In this document: positions 47,354 to 57,861 of the stretch, piece by piece | How the letters are laid out: each line of letters begins with the position of its first letter | Numbering within the stretch: the stretch's first letter is position 1 | Source: Candidatus Eiseniibacteriota bacterium | GTDB taxonomy: Bacteria; Eisenbacteria; RBG-16-71-46; CAIMUX01; VGJL01 | DNA length: 64,000 bases | Assembly: GCA_963792585.1 (NCBI GenBank) | Contig: CAWBWI010000001.1 | Coordinates: 1,216,001-1,280,000 of the forward strand | Direction of reading: 5' to 3' | Position numbers and translations under genes: made by a program | The notes under the pieces: generated by a model | Databases searched by the model: none | Told to the model about the DNA's origin: nothing | The model's input: the letters and a program-made list of their open reading frames with translations, nothing else

Positions 47354-49117
47354 TCAGTTCGTGATCACGACATTTTGCGTCGCGCGATCCCTCCCGGACT
47401 CGAGCTTCAGCCAGTAGATGCCGGCGGGGAGGACGCGGCCGGAGCCGTCCTCGAGCGCGCATATGCGCCGGCCGGGTCCCGCATTCACCTCGCCCTCGAA
47501 GAGCGTCGACAGCTTGCGCCCCGCCGCGTCCCAGATCGTGAGGCTCACGAAACCGCGATTGGGGAGCGTCCAGGAGATCTCGACCTCGCCCGTGGTCGGG
47601 GTCGGTGACGGCGTGTTCAAGATCAATGCGCGCGATCCGTCGCCCATCGACTCAACGTCGGCGGTCACGCAGGGATTGGGATCGCAGACGGTGCGGTTCC
47701 CCATATAGGTGTCGCCGCAGTCGACTTCGAGCGTGACCTGGCAAGCGCCGTTGTTGTGGCAACAGGCGCCAACGATCGCCTCACACGGATTCGGGTCGCA
47801 CGTCGTGCCGACGCCCAGGAACACGTCACCACAGTGGGCCATGGTCTGGAGCTCGCAAACTGCTGCATCTGCGCAGCAGGCACCCATCAGGTCGCCGCAC
47901 GGATTGGGATCACATGTGGTCCAGTCTCCCATGTACACGCCGACACAACCGAACGGATCCGTGAGCTCGCAAAGTCCGTCGCCGAAGCAGCAGGCTCCGA
48001 TCGCCGCGCCGCACGGGTTCGGCATGCAGATCGTGCCGTCGCCCTGGTAGGAGCCGCCGTTCGCCGCGCACATGTCGGGATCCTCGACCTCGCATGATTG
48101 ATCGGCGAAGCAGCAGGCGCCGAATCCCGTACCGCACAGATTCGGCACGCAGGGAGCATAGTCTCCGTGATAGGTCCCTCCGTTGGCCGCGCAGTCGGCG
48201 GGCGTGAGCGTGACGCACTGTCCGGAGGGGAGACAACAAGCGCCGGTGACCGGCGCCGAGCCGCACGTGAAACTCTGGCAGCGAATCATCACGTCGGAGT
48301 CCAAGACCGCGTCGCCTGCGTCGGCGATCGCGATCTTGATGTGGTTCGTGCCCGGGAGAATCGTGCCGGTCGCATAGAAGACCTGGGTCAATCCATCCAA
48401 CTCCGTGTTGATGGAACCGCCGCCGTCATCGAGGTCGTTGTTCCGGTAGCAATCGCAGTTCGGTCCGACACCCACATATGGATTCCCGCAGTTCACGTTG
48501 TTGATCGAGACCGGAGATCCCGCGCCGCTGCAACCCATCGGTGCCACCGCGATATTCGTGCCGTTCAGGAAGAACCCGAAGACGTCGTTGAAGGGAGTGT
48601 TCACGTACTCGTTGTATTCCTCGGACCCGAATGTGTACTGGAACACGACCTCCTGCGCCGTCGAGCAGGTGAAATCGAACTCCAGGATGGCTGCGTCAAA
48701 GGTCGTGTATCCGGGGATCAGCCCTTCGAGGTCGAGGTCCCCCACGGCCATGTTGTCGGTCGTGGTGGCGTCGCCTAGATTCGGACCATTGAGGGTGTTC
48801 ACGTCGCCGGAGCTCAGGATGATCCCCTGATCGAAACCGACGACACCCAAGCCGCCGATGAAGGTGCCCGCCGCTTGCGGCGCGGCGATCAGGACGGCGT
48901 TCGTCACAGTGACATCCGGGCCGAGAAGACACTGCAGGAGTTCCCCGACACTGACCGCAGGCTGGACGAGCTTCGGCCCGCCCCCCCGTTCCGCGATGTA
49001 GTTGGTGCCTGTCGGTCGACTGCCGACGCCTCCAGCGACATGGACGACGGCCAGCGACATGAGGAGCGCGAGCACCACTTTGCCTGCGCGCCATTTGGCA
49101 ACATGAGTGATTCGCAC
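47354..49117 (-). CDS. Secreted choice-of-anchor L domain protein with five Cys-rich GACC repeats and FlgD/T9SS-like CTD
   Basis: GIILSSG...LEFDF...FGSEEYNEY...FNDVFGFF...IAIADAGD; GACC repeats; IWDAAGRK...AGIYWLKL; GTG start after purine-rich RBS. Confidence 0.8.
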   Translation of the reverse strand: MRITHVAKWRAGKVVLALLMSLAVVHVAGGVGSRPTGTNYIAERGGGPKLVQPAVSVGELLQCLLGPDVTVTNAVLIAAPQAAGTFIGGLGVVGFDQGIILSSGDVNTLNGPNLGDATTTDNMAVGDLDLEGLIPGYTTFDAAILEFDFTCSTAQEVVFQYTFGSEEYNEYVNTPFNDVFGFFLNGTNIAVAPMGCSGAGSPVSINNVNCGNPYVGVGPNCDCYRNNDLDDGGGSINTELDGLTQVFYATGTILPGTNHIKIAIADAGDAVLDSDVMIRCQSFTCGSAPVTGACCLPSGQCVTLTPADCAANGGTYHGDYAPCVPNLCGTGFGACCFADQSCEVEDPDMCAANGGSYQGDGTICMPNPCGAAIGACCFGDGLCELTDPFGCVGVYMGDWTTCDPNPCGDLMGACCADAAVCELQTMAHCGDVFLGVGTTCDPNPCEAIVGACCHNNGACQVTLEVDCGDTYMGNRTVCDPNPCVTADVESMGDGSRALILNTPSPTPTTGEVEISWTLPNRGFVSLTIWDAAGRKLSTLFEGEVNAGPGRRICALEDGSGRVLPAGIYWLKLESGRDRATQNVVITN

Positions 49118-49496
49118 GATTCCCCCCTCTCGATGGCTCCGCTCCGCGTGCCCTTGACCATTCCGGCTTTGGAGCGCAACCCAGCGAGGAAATTCCGAGG
49201 ACCTTGTTGTTACATCCCTTCGACGGACCGGCCGCGCGACCCGGCTTCGCACGATCTGTAACAGCTCGGGTCGCCGTCTTCACAACTCGGGTCCTGGGCA
49301 CCGCGCGCGGCCGTTGCCAACAGGGGCCAATATTCTATCCCATGACGCTCGGAGGCGTCTACTTGACATTGCGTCGAGAGGCTCGGAAATGGCCCGGGAC
49401 TCCTCGGGCGGGTCCGCGCGCGCCCTCCCCCCGGGTCAGCGCCGGGGCAGCAAGCACCCTGTGCTTTGGGAGGTGATCGGCGGGAGGCCGATGCCG

Positions 49497-50165
49497 TCAG
49501 GACCCCTCCGGGTTACGTCCGGCCAGCGCGGCCGCCGCGGCCGCGGCGCGCTCTTCGAGTGCTGCCACGCGGGCGGTGAGTGGACCCAACGCCGCATCGT
49601 CCGTGGCAGCTCCGGCCGGTGCCGGGGCCATCCCCTGCTGCTGGCGGCCACGGACGAACTTCAAGTATCCGAGGCCGATCGCCACGATCAGGGCAAAGAG
49701 GATGACCCAAAACCTCGCCACGGAGTTGCCCGAGAAGACCACCCAGCCGACGCCGTAGACCATGGTGAACAGGCCGCCGAGGAGGAGCCCGTTCGAGATC
49801 ACTCGAATCCGCTCGTTCTGGGTGAGGGAGACGACCAGCACGAGCGTGGCGAAGAGGACGAGGATGATGCTCGTCACCCGAGCCCAGTCCTTCAGCTCCG
49901 CTTGGTGTTTCTCGTTGAGGGCGTCCTGCTCGGCCCTCAGGCTGTCGAGTTGCGCCTGCTCGGCCGCCGTGAAGCTGCCGGGGGCCGCCTTGGCGTTCAA
50001 CGACTCCTGCCGCCGCGAGGTCTCCTGCATCCGTTTCGTGTACTTCTCGGCCGGCGACGGATAGAAGGTGTTCACGCCGACACCGACGAATGCCAGCACC
50101 ATGAGTCCGAGGAAGAACGAGAAGATGGTCTGCAGCGCATAGTGCTGCCGATCCGTTGCGATCAT
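49497..50165 (-). CDS. Hypothetical membrane protein (about 4 TM segments plus a coiled-coil loop)
   Basis: Hydrophobic segments, GGGAGG RBS, coding-like sequence. Confidence 0.7.
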   Translation of the reverse strand: MIATDRQHYALQTIFSFFLGLMVLAFVGVGVNTFYPSPAEKYTKRMQETSRRQESLNAKAAPGSFTAAEQAQLDSLRAEQDALNEKHQAELKDWARVTSIILVLFATLVLVVSLTQNERIRVISNGLLLGGLFTMVYGVGWVVFSGNSVARFWVILFALIVAIGLGYLKFVRGRQQQGMAPAPAGAATDDAALGPLTARVAALEERAAAAAAALAGRNPEGS

Positions 50166-50394
50166 GGTCCCTCCCGTGCGGTTCCGGCGAGTTGCCGGAG
50201 ACGTGCGAATCGCCTCGACTCACACCGGCCCTCCTGCCCGCCTCCACCGCCGAATCTCAGGAAGTCTACCGGAACTGCACCCCTGTTTCCGCGAATCGAT
50301 TGCGGGGCGGGTGACTCCACGCCGACGCAAGTGCTACGATTCTGAGTTTGCTTCGACCGCGGCGCGCGAGACCTTCGGCAAGGAGAAGGGCACT

Positions 50395-52189
50395 ATGAGA
50401 ATCCTCTATCACTATCTCAAGAGATACCGCGGCCGGGTGCTCCTGGCGCTGTTCCTTGCGACCGTGAATCAGTGCTTCTCCCTGCTCGATCCCCAGATCT
50501 TCCGCCACATCGTCGACGAGTACGTATCGAAGTTCAAGCAGTACACCGGCACGGAGTTCTTCCGCGGCGTCTCGATGCTCCTGCTCGCCGCGGTCGGGGT
50601 GGCATTCGTCTCCCGTGTGGCGAAGAACTTCCAGGACTACTTCATCAACGTCATCACGCAGCGGCTCGGCGCGGAAATGTACGCCGACGGCCTGAAGCAC
50701 TCGCTGGAACTGCCGTATCAGGTATTCGAGGACCAGAGAAGCGGCGAGACGCTGGGCAAGTTGCAGAAGATGCGGACCGACGTCGAGCGGCTGATCTCCG
50801 TGGGAATCAACTTCGCCTTCACGACCTTCGTCGGGGTCGTCTTCGTGACCGTCTACGCGATCACCGTTCACTGGCTGATCGCCCCGATCTACTTCTCCAC
50901 GATTCCCATCATCGGCGGGCTGAGCGCCATCCTCAGCCGCAAGATCAAGAAGGTGCAGAAGGTCATCGTGGCCGAGACGACGGCCCTCGCGGGGTCGACC
51001 ACGGAATCGCTCCGAAACATCGAGCTGGTCAAGAGTCTGGGGCTCGCCCAGCAGGAGATCAGCCGCCTGAACGCGACGACGGACAAGATCCTCCAGCTCG
51101 AACTGAAGAAGGTGCGCTACCTGCGGAGCCTGAGCTTCATCCAGGGAACCTGCGTCAACGCCCTGCGCACGGGGATTCTCGGCCTGATGCTCTACCTCAT
51201 CTTCGCGCAGCAGATCACGTTCGGGCAGTTCTTCGCGCTATGGATCTACTCGTTCTTCATCTTCGGACCGCTGCAGGAGCTGGGAAACATCATCAACGTC
51301 TACCGGGAGTCGGAGGTGTCGTCTGAACAACTTCGAGGAGATCCTGCGCATGCCCGCCCGAGCCCCGGCCCGCGTCGCCGGTTCGTCCTCGAGCACATCG
51401 ACAGCCTCGACTTCGACCACATCAGCTTCCGGCACTTGAGCGGCACGACGGACGCAGTCACCGATGTCACGTTCCGGGCCACGAGGGGCGAGACGATCGC
51501 CCTGGTCGGTCCGTCGGGCTCGGGCAAGACCACGCTCGTCAAGCTTCTCGTCGGCCTCTACCGCCCGCACACCGGGCGCGTCTGCTACAACGGGGTGGCG
51601 GCGGACGCCGTCGACCTCGATCGACTGCGCGAGCGGATCGGCTTCGTCACGCAGGACACCCAGCTCTTCTCCGGCACGATTCGGCGAGAACCTCGTCTTC
51701 GTCAACCCGACGGCGACCGACGAGGAGTGCCTGGACGTCCTGCACAAGGCGGCCTGCCAGAGCTTGCTGGCCCGGGCGCCCAATGGGCTCGATACCGTGA
51801 TCGGGGAGGCGGGGGTGAAGGTGTCGGGGGGCGAGAAGCAACGGCTGTCGATCGCCCGTGCGCTCCTGCGTCATCCCGACCTTCTCGTCTTCGACGAGGC
51901 GACCTCCGCGCTCGACTCCCTGACGGAGGAGGAGATCTCGGCCACGATTCGTGAGATCTCTCTGTGGAAGTCGCTCATCACCATTCTCATCGCGCACCGG
52001 CTCTCGACCGTGATGCACGCCGACACGATCTACGTCCTGGAGCGCGGCCGGATCGTGGAGTCGGGGAAGCATGCCGAGTTGCTTGCGATGAAGGGTCTGT
52101 ACTTCGCAATGTGGCGTCAGCAGATCGGGGAACGGGGCGATCCCCCCGCGGTCGAAGATCTGGAGCGTGCGGTGATCTCCGGGCGCTGA
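50395..52189 (+). CDS. ABC transporter, fused permease/ATP-binding (frameshifts near 51320 and 51680)
   Basis: TM domain; [41 protein letters not shown]. Confidence 0.92.
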
Positions 52190-52211
52190 AGGACGCGGAG
52201 GAATAGACAGA

Positions 52212-52237
52212 GGGAAGGCCGCTTGCGCGGCCTTCCC
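52212..52237 (-). terminator. Rho-independent terminator hairpin between convergent genes
   Basis: GGGAAGGCCGC-N4-GCGGCCTTCCC 11-bp stem; GCAA loop and TCTGTCTATT tail on minus strand. Confidence 0.75.
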
Positions 52238-52293
52238 GGATGGTTACTCGTCACCTTAGAGGGACAAGCAGATTGGCTGCTGCCCGAAGGGGA

Positions 52294-52602
52294 CTAGTAC
52301 CGGCGCGAGGAGCTTCCGCCGGCGTTGCCGAAACTCCGGTCGCCACCGCGGTCTTCGCGGGGCTTGGCCTCGTTGACGGTGAGGGCGCGGCCCTTGTGGT
52401 CGCGGCCGTTCAGCGCCGAGATCGCCGCCGTCGCCTCGCTATCGGAACTCATCTCGACGAACCCGAAGCCCTTGCTGCGTCCGGTGTCGCGGTCCATGAT
52501 GACCTGCGCGCTCCTGACGGAACCGTGGGGAGTGAACATCTGCTCCAGGTCGGAATTCTCGACATCGAAGCTAAGATTACCTACGTACAACTTGGCACCC
52601 AT
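52294..52602 (-). CDS. RRM RNA-binding protein
   Basis: KLYVGNLS (RNP2), RSKGFGFVEM (RNP1), LTVNEAKPRE. Confidence 0.95.
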   Translation of the reverse strand: MGAKLYVGNLSFDVENSDLEQMFTPHGSVRSAQVIMDRDTGRSKGFGFVEMSSDSEATAAISALNGRDHKGRALTVNEAKPREDRGGDRSFGNAGGSSSRRY

Positions 52603-52990
52603 CGTTGTTCTCCTTTGAACTCGGATAGCGGATCCATTTTTGTCTCTCCGGATCCATTGGAAAGGGACCCTGTGTGGGTCCAGAAGGAAGGACGAACGAG
52701 GCCAAGCAGCGTGGACAGATACAGAACCGCACAGACCAGACTCTTTCGGCAAACCAACTAGTCGGACCGTACGCTGCGCCGCGCGTCGAGAGCAAGGTAA
52801 TTCGAAGCGGCGATTCCCGCGCATGTGTCGCTGCAGACGGGTCCGATCACGGCTGCAGCGCGCTAACCGACTGCCGGCCGTGATCATACAGGATCTTCGA
52901 GAGTCGCTGCAGAAATGCTAAACGTGTGATACCATCGGATTCGCCAAGGGTCACGTCAAATTACATGCACTAACCCAAGGTGGTGTTCCG

Positions 52991-54562
52991 ATGTCCAGCA
53001 AGACAAAAGCCCAGCTGACCGCTGAGAATCTCGCCCTGCAGGCGCGTCTGACACACCTGGAAGCAGAACTGCTCAAGCCTGGCCTAGGGATCGAGCCGCC
53101 GCCTGAGACCTTCGCGACCGAACGCGAGAGAGTCGAGGAAGCCCTCAAGATCTCGGAAGTCCGCTACCGCCGTCTCTTCGAGTCCGCAAAGGACGGAATC
53201 CTCATCCTGGACGCGGAGACAGGCACGATTTCGGACAGCAACCCATTCCTGGAGCAGTTGCTCGGCTACTCCCACGACGAACTCCTGGGCAAGAAGCTCT
53301 GGGAGATCGGTCCGTTCAAGGACGCTGCCGCCAGCCAGGTTTCCTTCCGGCAACTGCAGGGCAATGAGTACATCCGCTATGAAGATCTTCCGTTGCAGAC
53401 CAAGACCGGAGAGCACCGCCAGGTGGAGTTCATCAGCAACCTCTACCTGGTCGACCACACGAAGGTGATCCAGTGCAACGTTCGCGACATCACCGCGCGA
53501 AAGTTGGCCGAAGCGAACATCAAGAAAGCGAACGAGAGACTCCAGTCTCTGGTGACGGCATTGCAGATGCGCGACCGGGAGCTGACCCTGCTCAGCCACA
53601 TGAACGATCTCCTTCAGACCTGCGAGACACAGGAGGAGGCCTATCGGGTCGTCACCCTGACGGCCATGGAGATGTTCATCGGCCAGAGGGGCTGCCTCGC
53701 GGTCGTCCATCCCTCCGGTCACTACCTGGAGACGGTCGCCCAGTGGGGCGACGGATCCCTTGTCGAGGATGTCTTTTCCACCCAGGATTGTTGGGCGCTG
53801 CGGCGGGGACGTCCTCATGAAGTTGCCAATCCGCGGACGGAACCTCTTTGTGGCCATTTCGTTCGGCCGCCGGATCACAGCTATCGTTGCTTGCCATTGA
53901 CGGTTCACGGGGAGACTGTGGGCGTCTTCCACCTGGACGCAGCCTCGAACCTTGGAGAAGTCCATCACAACAGCCAGCATCAACTGGCCGTCGCGGTCGG
54001 CGAGACGATCAAGCTCGCCCTGGCAAACCTGCGATTGCGGAGGAAGCTGCACGATCAAGCAACGCGCGACCCGCTGACGGGCCTGTTCAATCGGCGATAC
54101 CTTGACGACACTCTCCCCCGCGAATTGCATCGCATCGTGCGCAAGGGCGCCCCGCTCTGCGTCGCAATGCTCGATCTGGATCACTTCAAGCGCTTCAACG
54201 ACACGTTTGGGCACGACGCGGGCGATCTTGCGCTCAGGGAATCGAGCCGCCTACTGCGCGAGAACTTGCGCAAGAGCGACATCGCCTGCCGCTATGGTGG
54301 AGAAGAGTTTCTGCTCGTCCTTCCGGATTCCGCGCTCGAGGACGCGAGCCAACGACTCGAGCAGATCCGGTCCCGGTTCGAGCGCATGGAGATTCGTCGC
54401 GAAGGGCAACTGCTGGCCACGATCACATTCTCGGCGGGCATCGCGACAGCCCCGGAGCACGGCTCCACGCCGGAGGAACTCCTGCGGGCGGCGGACGCCG
54501 CCCTCTATGCCGCCAAGCAGGCGGGACGCAACCGGGTCCTTGCCTATCAGCCGCCGGCATAG
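52991..54562 (+). CDS. Diguanylate cyclase with PAS and GAF domains
   Basis: YRRLFESAKDGILILD (PAS); CWALRRG (GAF); DPLTGLFNRRY, DLDHFK, RYGGEEF with RxxD (RKSD). Confidence 0.93.
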   Translation: MSSKTKAQLTAENLALQARLTHLEAELLKPGLGIEPPPETFATERERVEEALKISEVRYRRLFESAKDGILILDAETGTISDSNPFLEQLLGYSHDELLGKKLWEIGPFKDAAASQVSFRQLQGNEYIRYEDLPLQTKTGEHRQVEFISNLYLVDHTKVIQCNVRDITARKLAEANIKKANERLQSLVTALQMRDRELTLLSHMNDLLQTCETQEEAYRVVTLTAMEMFIGQRGCLAVVHPSGHYLETVAQWGDGSLVEDVFSTQDCWALRRGRPHEVANPRTEPLCGHFVRPPDHSYRCLPLTVHGETVGVFHLDAASNLGEVHHNSQHQLAVAVGETIKLALANLRLRRKLHDQATRDPLTGLFNRRYLDDTLPRELHRIVRKGAPLCVAMLDLDHFKRFNDTFGHDAGDLALRESSRLLRENLRKSDIACRYGGEEFLLVLPDSALEDASQRLEQIRSRFERMEIRREGQLLATITFSAGIATAPEHGSTPEELLRAADAALYAAKQAGRNRVLAYQPPA

Positions 54563-54749
54563 TGGCTCTTGCATCCGACATTGAGAGCCTCTTGGTTCTG
54601 CGCCCACGGCTTCAACGTGCGCGCGTTCGCTCGATTGTGTTCGAAAGGTCTCCGGGCCCCGCCACACTTTGAGGGGCGCGGGCCCGGCCCGATCGATGGA
54701 AACGTGGACCCAAACACGGCTGCGACATTCAAGTCGTCCCAGCGGGGCC

Positions 54750-55778
54750 CTATAGCTTGGTCTCGCGCTCCAGAATGATCTCGACGCGACGGTTGTTGGC
54801 GCGTCCTTCAGCGGTGGCGTTATCGGCGATCGGGCTTCCTTCGCCGATCCCCCGAGCCTGGATGCGACCGGAAGGGTAGCCCTTGTGCAGCAGGTAGTCG
54901 CGGACGGCGTCGGCCCGGTGTTGCGACAGGTTACGGTTGTAGTCCTCCGCACCCTGGGAATCGGTGTATCCCTCCACCAAGACGTTGCGGCCGGGACTCG
55001 CGAGCAGCGCATCCGCGACCTGATCCAGCCGCGACTGCGCGCCCGTGAGCAGGATCGCTTCGTCGGATCGAAAGAGGACGCTGCCCGAGAGCGTGATGAC
55101 CATGCCCCGCTCATCCTCCTTGACGGCGGCGAGTTTGGCGAGCGCGGCCTGAGCTTCGGTCGCCTTCTGCTCGGCCTCGATGCGGGCCTTCTGCTCTGCG
55201 GCGAGCTGCTCGGCGGTCGCCTGGCTGCCCCGTTCCGACACGGCCAGTGCGGTACGCGTCTGGTTCAAGGCCTCGGTCTTCTGCTGCATGAGTGTGGCCT
55301 GCTCTGCCGTCCGCTTCTCGGCCTCCACACGTGTTTGTTGCTCGGAGGCCAACCGCTCGGCCGTTTCCTCGCCCCTGCGTTGCGAGATCGCCAGCGCCGC
55401 CCGGGTCACACTTAGATCCTCCGTCTTTTCCTGCAGGATACTGCCCTGCGTCTTCTGGTAATCGCTGTCCGCCCGAGCCTTGCTCTGTTGCTCCGTGACG
55501 ATCGACGCCTGCCCATCCGCCATCTCGGCCTTCCGCTGTGCCACATATGCGAGGTCGCGCGAATGGTACGTGCTGCCGTCCTTGGAGAACGACTTCTCGG
55601 CCTGGGCGAGCGCCTCCTGCGCCTTGTGGAGATCCGCCGGCGCGAGTTGCGCCGCAGGCCCCGCGCTCGCGTGCTGGTAGGCCAATCGGGCGTTGGAGAG
55701 CTCACTCGGTACGGTGGCGGCGCAGCCAACCATGAGCGCTGCACACGCGACCACAATCAACATTCCGGTCGTCTTCAT
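54750..55778 (-). CDS. OmpA-family lipoprotein (DUF4398 + coiled coil + OmpA C-terminal domain)
   Basis: Lipobox LMVGC; VEGYTDSQG..YNRNLSQHRADAVRDYL; GRANNRRVEI. Confidence 0.92.
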   Translation of the reverse strand: MKTTGMLIVVACAALMVGCAATVPSELSNARLAYQHASAGPAAQLAPADLHKAQEALAQAEKSFSKDGSTYHSRDLAYVAQRKAEMADGQASIVTEQQSKARADSDYQKTQGSILQEKTEDLSVTRAALAISQRRGEETAERLASEQQTRVEAEKRTAEQATLMQQKTEALNQTRTALAVSERGSQATAEQLAAEQKARIEAEQKATEAQAALAKLAAVKEDERGMVITLSGSVLFRSDEAILLTGAQSRLDQVADALLASPGRNVLVEGYTDSQGAEDYNRNLSQHRADAVRDYLLHKGYPSGRIQARGIGEGSPIADNATAEGRANNRRVEIILERETKL

Positions 55779-55798
55779 AGAGGGCTCCTTCCAACCGG

Positions 55799-56149
55799 TC
55801 ATCGGTTGTCACTTCGGAGTTGGCGTACCCGCTCCATCGCCTGCGCGGCTTCCAGCTTTTCGCCCTGCTCACGGGAGAGGACGACGGCCAGCTCGGCGTC
55901 GGCCTCAGCCCGCAGCAGTTGCGACGCGGCCTCATCCTTCTTGCCCTTATCCGACAGGACCCTTGCGCGATCCAGCTCCTCCTTCGCCAACTGCAGATGG
56001 TACGAAGCGCGCGGGACCCCGCTTGCCCCGACCTCCTCCGCGGCGCGGATGGCCGAGGTGGAGGACTCGGTCCGCAGTGCGGGACGGCTTGCACAGCCTG
56101 CGCCGACCACGACGATAAGCAGACTCCCCAACATCAATACACGTCTCAT
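55799..56149 (-). CDS. DUF4398 lipoprotein
   Basis: Lipobox GAGC; AIRAAEEVGA...LQLAKEEL...AEADAELA. Confidence 0.85.
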   Translation of the reverse strand: MRRVLMLGSLLIVVVGAGCASRPALRTESSTSAIRAAEEVGASGVPRASYHLQLAKEELDRARVLSDKGKKDEAASQLLRAEADAELAVVLSREQGEKLEAAQAMERVRQLRSDNR

Positions 56150-56181
56150 GATGACCCCCTCACATGCGACGCGACCCGGCC

Positions 56182-56838
56182 TCAGAAGCTGAAGCCCAAA
56201 GCCAACGTCGTGGTGAATCCGTTCAACTTGAATCCGTTCAGGGCGTACTCGGTCTCGTTCAGCTTGATCTTCTGTTCACCGAAGGACGGATTGGCCCAAA
56301 CGTACCGGCCCTCGACCCCGATGAAAGCATTCCGCGAGATGTTCACGTTCAACCCGCCTCCGGTGTGGATCCCGAAGGTCGTGGTCCCATTGAAGGTGTT
56401 GAGATTGTCACTCACGTTGAACTTGGTGAAGTAGGCGCCGATTCCCAGCTCACCGTACGGATCGACCGGCCCGACGGGGATGAGGGCCTTGGCGGACGCG
56501 ATGATCGGGATCACGTTGAAGTCCACCTGACGGCGGGCTGCGATCCCGTTGGCTGCCGCGAATGAGCCGGTACCCTTGAAGTACCCCGCGCCAAGTTCGA
56601 GGGCAAGCGTGGGAAGGAAGTAGTGGCCGATTGCGAGCTCGCCGTTCACACCCGTCTTCGTGTCGCCTTCGAAGGTCGTCTCGAGGTCGACATTGCCGAT
56701 GTTGAACGAAGAGCTGGGCGAGTAGACCCCGCCCTTGAGGGCGACGTAGCTTCCCAGCATCCCCGCTCCGTAAGCCTGCGTTGCGAGACCAGCCACGCCA
56801 AGCATGGTGAGTAGAAACAGCACACGTGTCGTTTTCAC
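56182..56838 (-). CDS. Outer-membrane beta-barrel protein (OmpW/porin-like)
   Basis: Signal peptide, amphipathic beta strands, C-terminal LGFSF; GTG start after GAAGGAG. Confidence 0.85.
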   Translation of the reverse strand: MKTTRVLFLLTMLGVAGLATQAYGAGMLGSYVALKGGVYSPSSSFNIGNVDLETTFEGDTKTGVNGELAIGHYFLPTLALELGAGYFKGTGSFAAANGIAARRQVDFNVIPIIASAKALIPVGPVDPYGELGIGAYFTKFNVSDNLNTFNGTTTFGIHTGGGLNVNISRNAFIGVEGRYVWANPSFGEQKIKLNETEYALNGFKLNGFTTTLALGFSF

Positions 56839-56959
56839 AATTGCTCCTTCGCGATCATCGATTCCGTGTCGCATGAGATTCCCCTTGTCCGAGGCTGCTG
56901 AGATGCACGGCGCACCCGTGCGGCGCCCAGCGCTGTCTTCCGGTACAGCTGTTCGATAG

Positions 56960-56975
56960 AGCAACTCGCGTGCCG
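56960..56975 (-). promoter_or_regulatory. Sigma-54 promoter (-24/-12) CGGCACGCGAGTTGCT
   Basis: Near-consensus YGGCACG-N4-TTGCW upstream of the barrel-DUF4398-ompA operon. Confidence 0.8.
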
Positions 56976-57039
56976 ACACTTCGATGTCGTAACCAGTTGA
57001 CCCTGCACAAGTTAACAAAAAGTTACTCGTCCGAAGTCG

Positions 57040-57070
57040 ATCAGAATGATGGGGTGCGCGTCATTGCGAT
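57040..57070. promoter_or_regulatory. Candidate enhancer pair (TCA-N3-YGAT boxes, 20-bp period)
   Basis: ATCAGAATGAT (57040) and GTCATTGCGAT (57060), about 65-95 bp upstream of the leftward sigma-54 site. Confidence 0.5.
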
Positions 57071-57209
57071 GGAGGAAGGGTCATGTCCCGGTCACCTTGA
57101 CGACGCGGCCCTCGGGTCTATGAGGAGACCGTCTTGGCGGGACTCGGGGATGGCGAGTCGGGCGATTCTCACGACGCCTTCGATCGCGGACAGACTCGGA
57201 CAATTCTAC

Positions 57210-57240
57210 ATCAATGTGATGACTCAGAACTCAATGTGAT
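57210..57240. promoter_or_regulatory. Candidate enhancer pair: TCAATGTGAT x2 at 20-bp period
   Basis: Exact repeat at 57211-57220 and 57231-57240; first copy lies in palindrome CATCA-ATG-TGATG. Confidence 0.6.
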
Positions 57241-57307
57241 CGAGAGCCCCGCTGTGTCCCGTGCCGCCAGGTGATTGCCTGTAAGAGGTTACGAGAGAAC
57301 TCGCCGG

Positions 57308-57323
57308 CGGCACGTTGGTTGCT
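57308..57323 (+). promoter_or_regulatory. Sigma-54 promoter (-24/-12) CGGCACGTTGGTTGCT
   Basis: Near-consensus match upstream of the PA2779-like gene. Confidence 0.8.
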
Positions 57324-57447
57324 CCAGTTGCAGCGGACAACCACGCGGGGCGGCGTCTCCATGCGGACCCGGTCGCACGCCCCGATGAGATCCCGAGAGA
57401 GACTGCTCGGGTGAAAACACGGTCCGTGACAGGAATAGGAGCATGTC

Positions 57448-57849
57448 ATGAAGACTTACCGGAGATTCTCCCTGGCTGTGTTCACCGTGATCATGATCGC
57501 TGTTTGCGCTGCGGGAGTCAGCCTGGCCGTCGAGACCCCACGTCACGTGGTCGGAGAAAGTGAAATCCAGGCCAGGATCGATCAGCAGATCGACCAGGCC
57601 GGCGCCGATCGACAGGCGATTCAGACCATGCTGCAGCGCGAGGAAGTCCGGCAGATCGCCGGGTCAGCCGGTCTGGATCTCGAGCGGGCCAGCGCCGCCG
57701 CCGCGGTCCTGTCCGGCCCCTCACTCGAGAGTCTGGCTGCGCAGGCCAGAGCGGTTAACGCCGATCTCGCGGGCGGGGACAGCACCATCGTCATTTCGGC
57801 GACCGCGCTCATCATCATCCTCTTGCTCATCATCCTCATCGCCAATTAG
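57448..57849 (+). CDS. PA2779-family-like exported protein with AGG motif and hydrophobic C-terminal tail
   Basis: Signal peptide; DRQAIQTMLQREEVRQ...GLDLERA...LS..L..LA; LAGG-DSTIVISATALIIILLLIILIAN. Confidence 0.78.
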   Translation: MKTYRRFSLAVFTVIMIAVCAAGVSLAVETPRHVVGESEIQARIDQQIDQAGADRQAIQTMLQREEVRQIAGSAGLDLERASAAAAVLSGPSLESLAAQARAVNADLAGGDSTIVISATALIIILLLIILIAN

Positions 57850-57861
57850 GAGCGCTCATTC

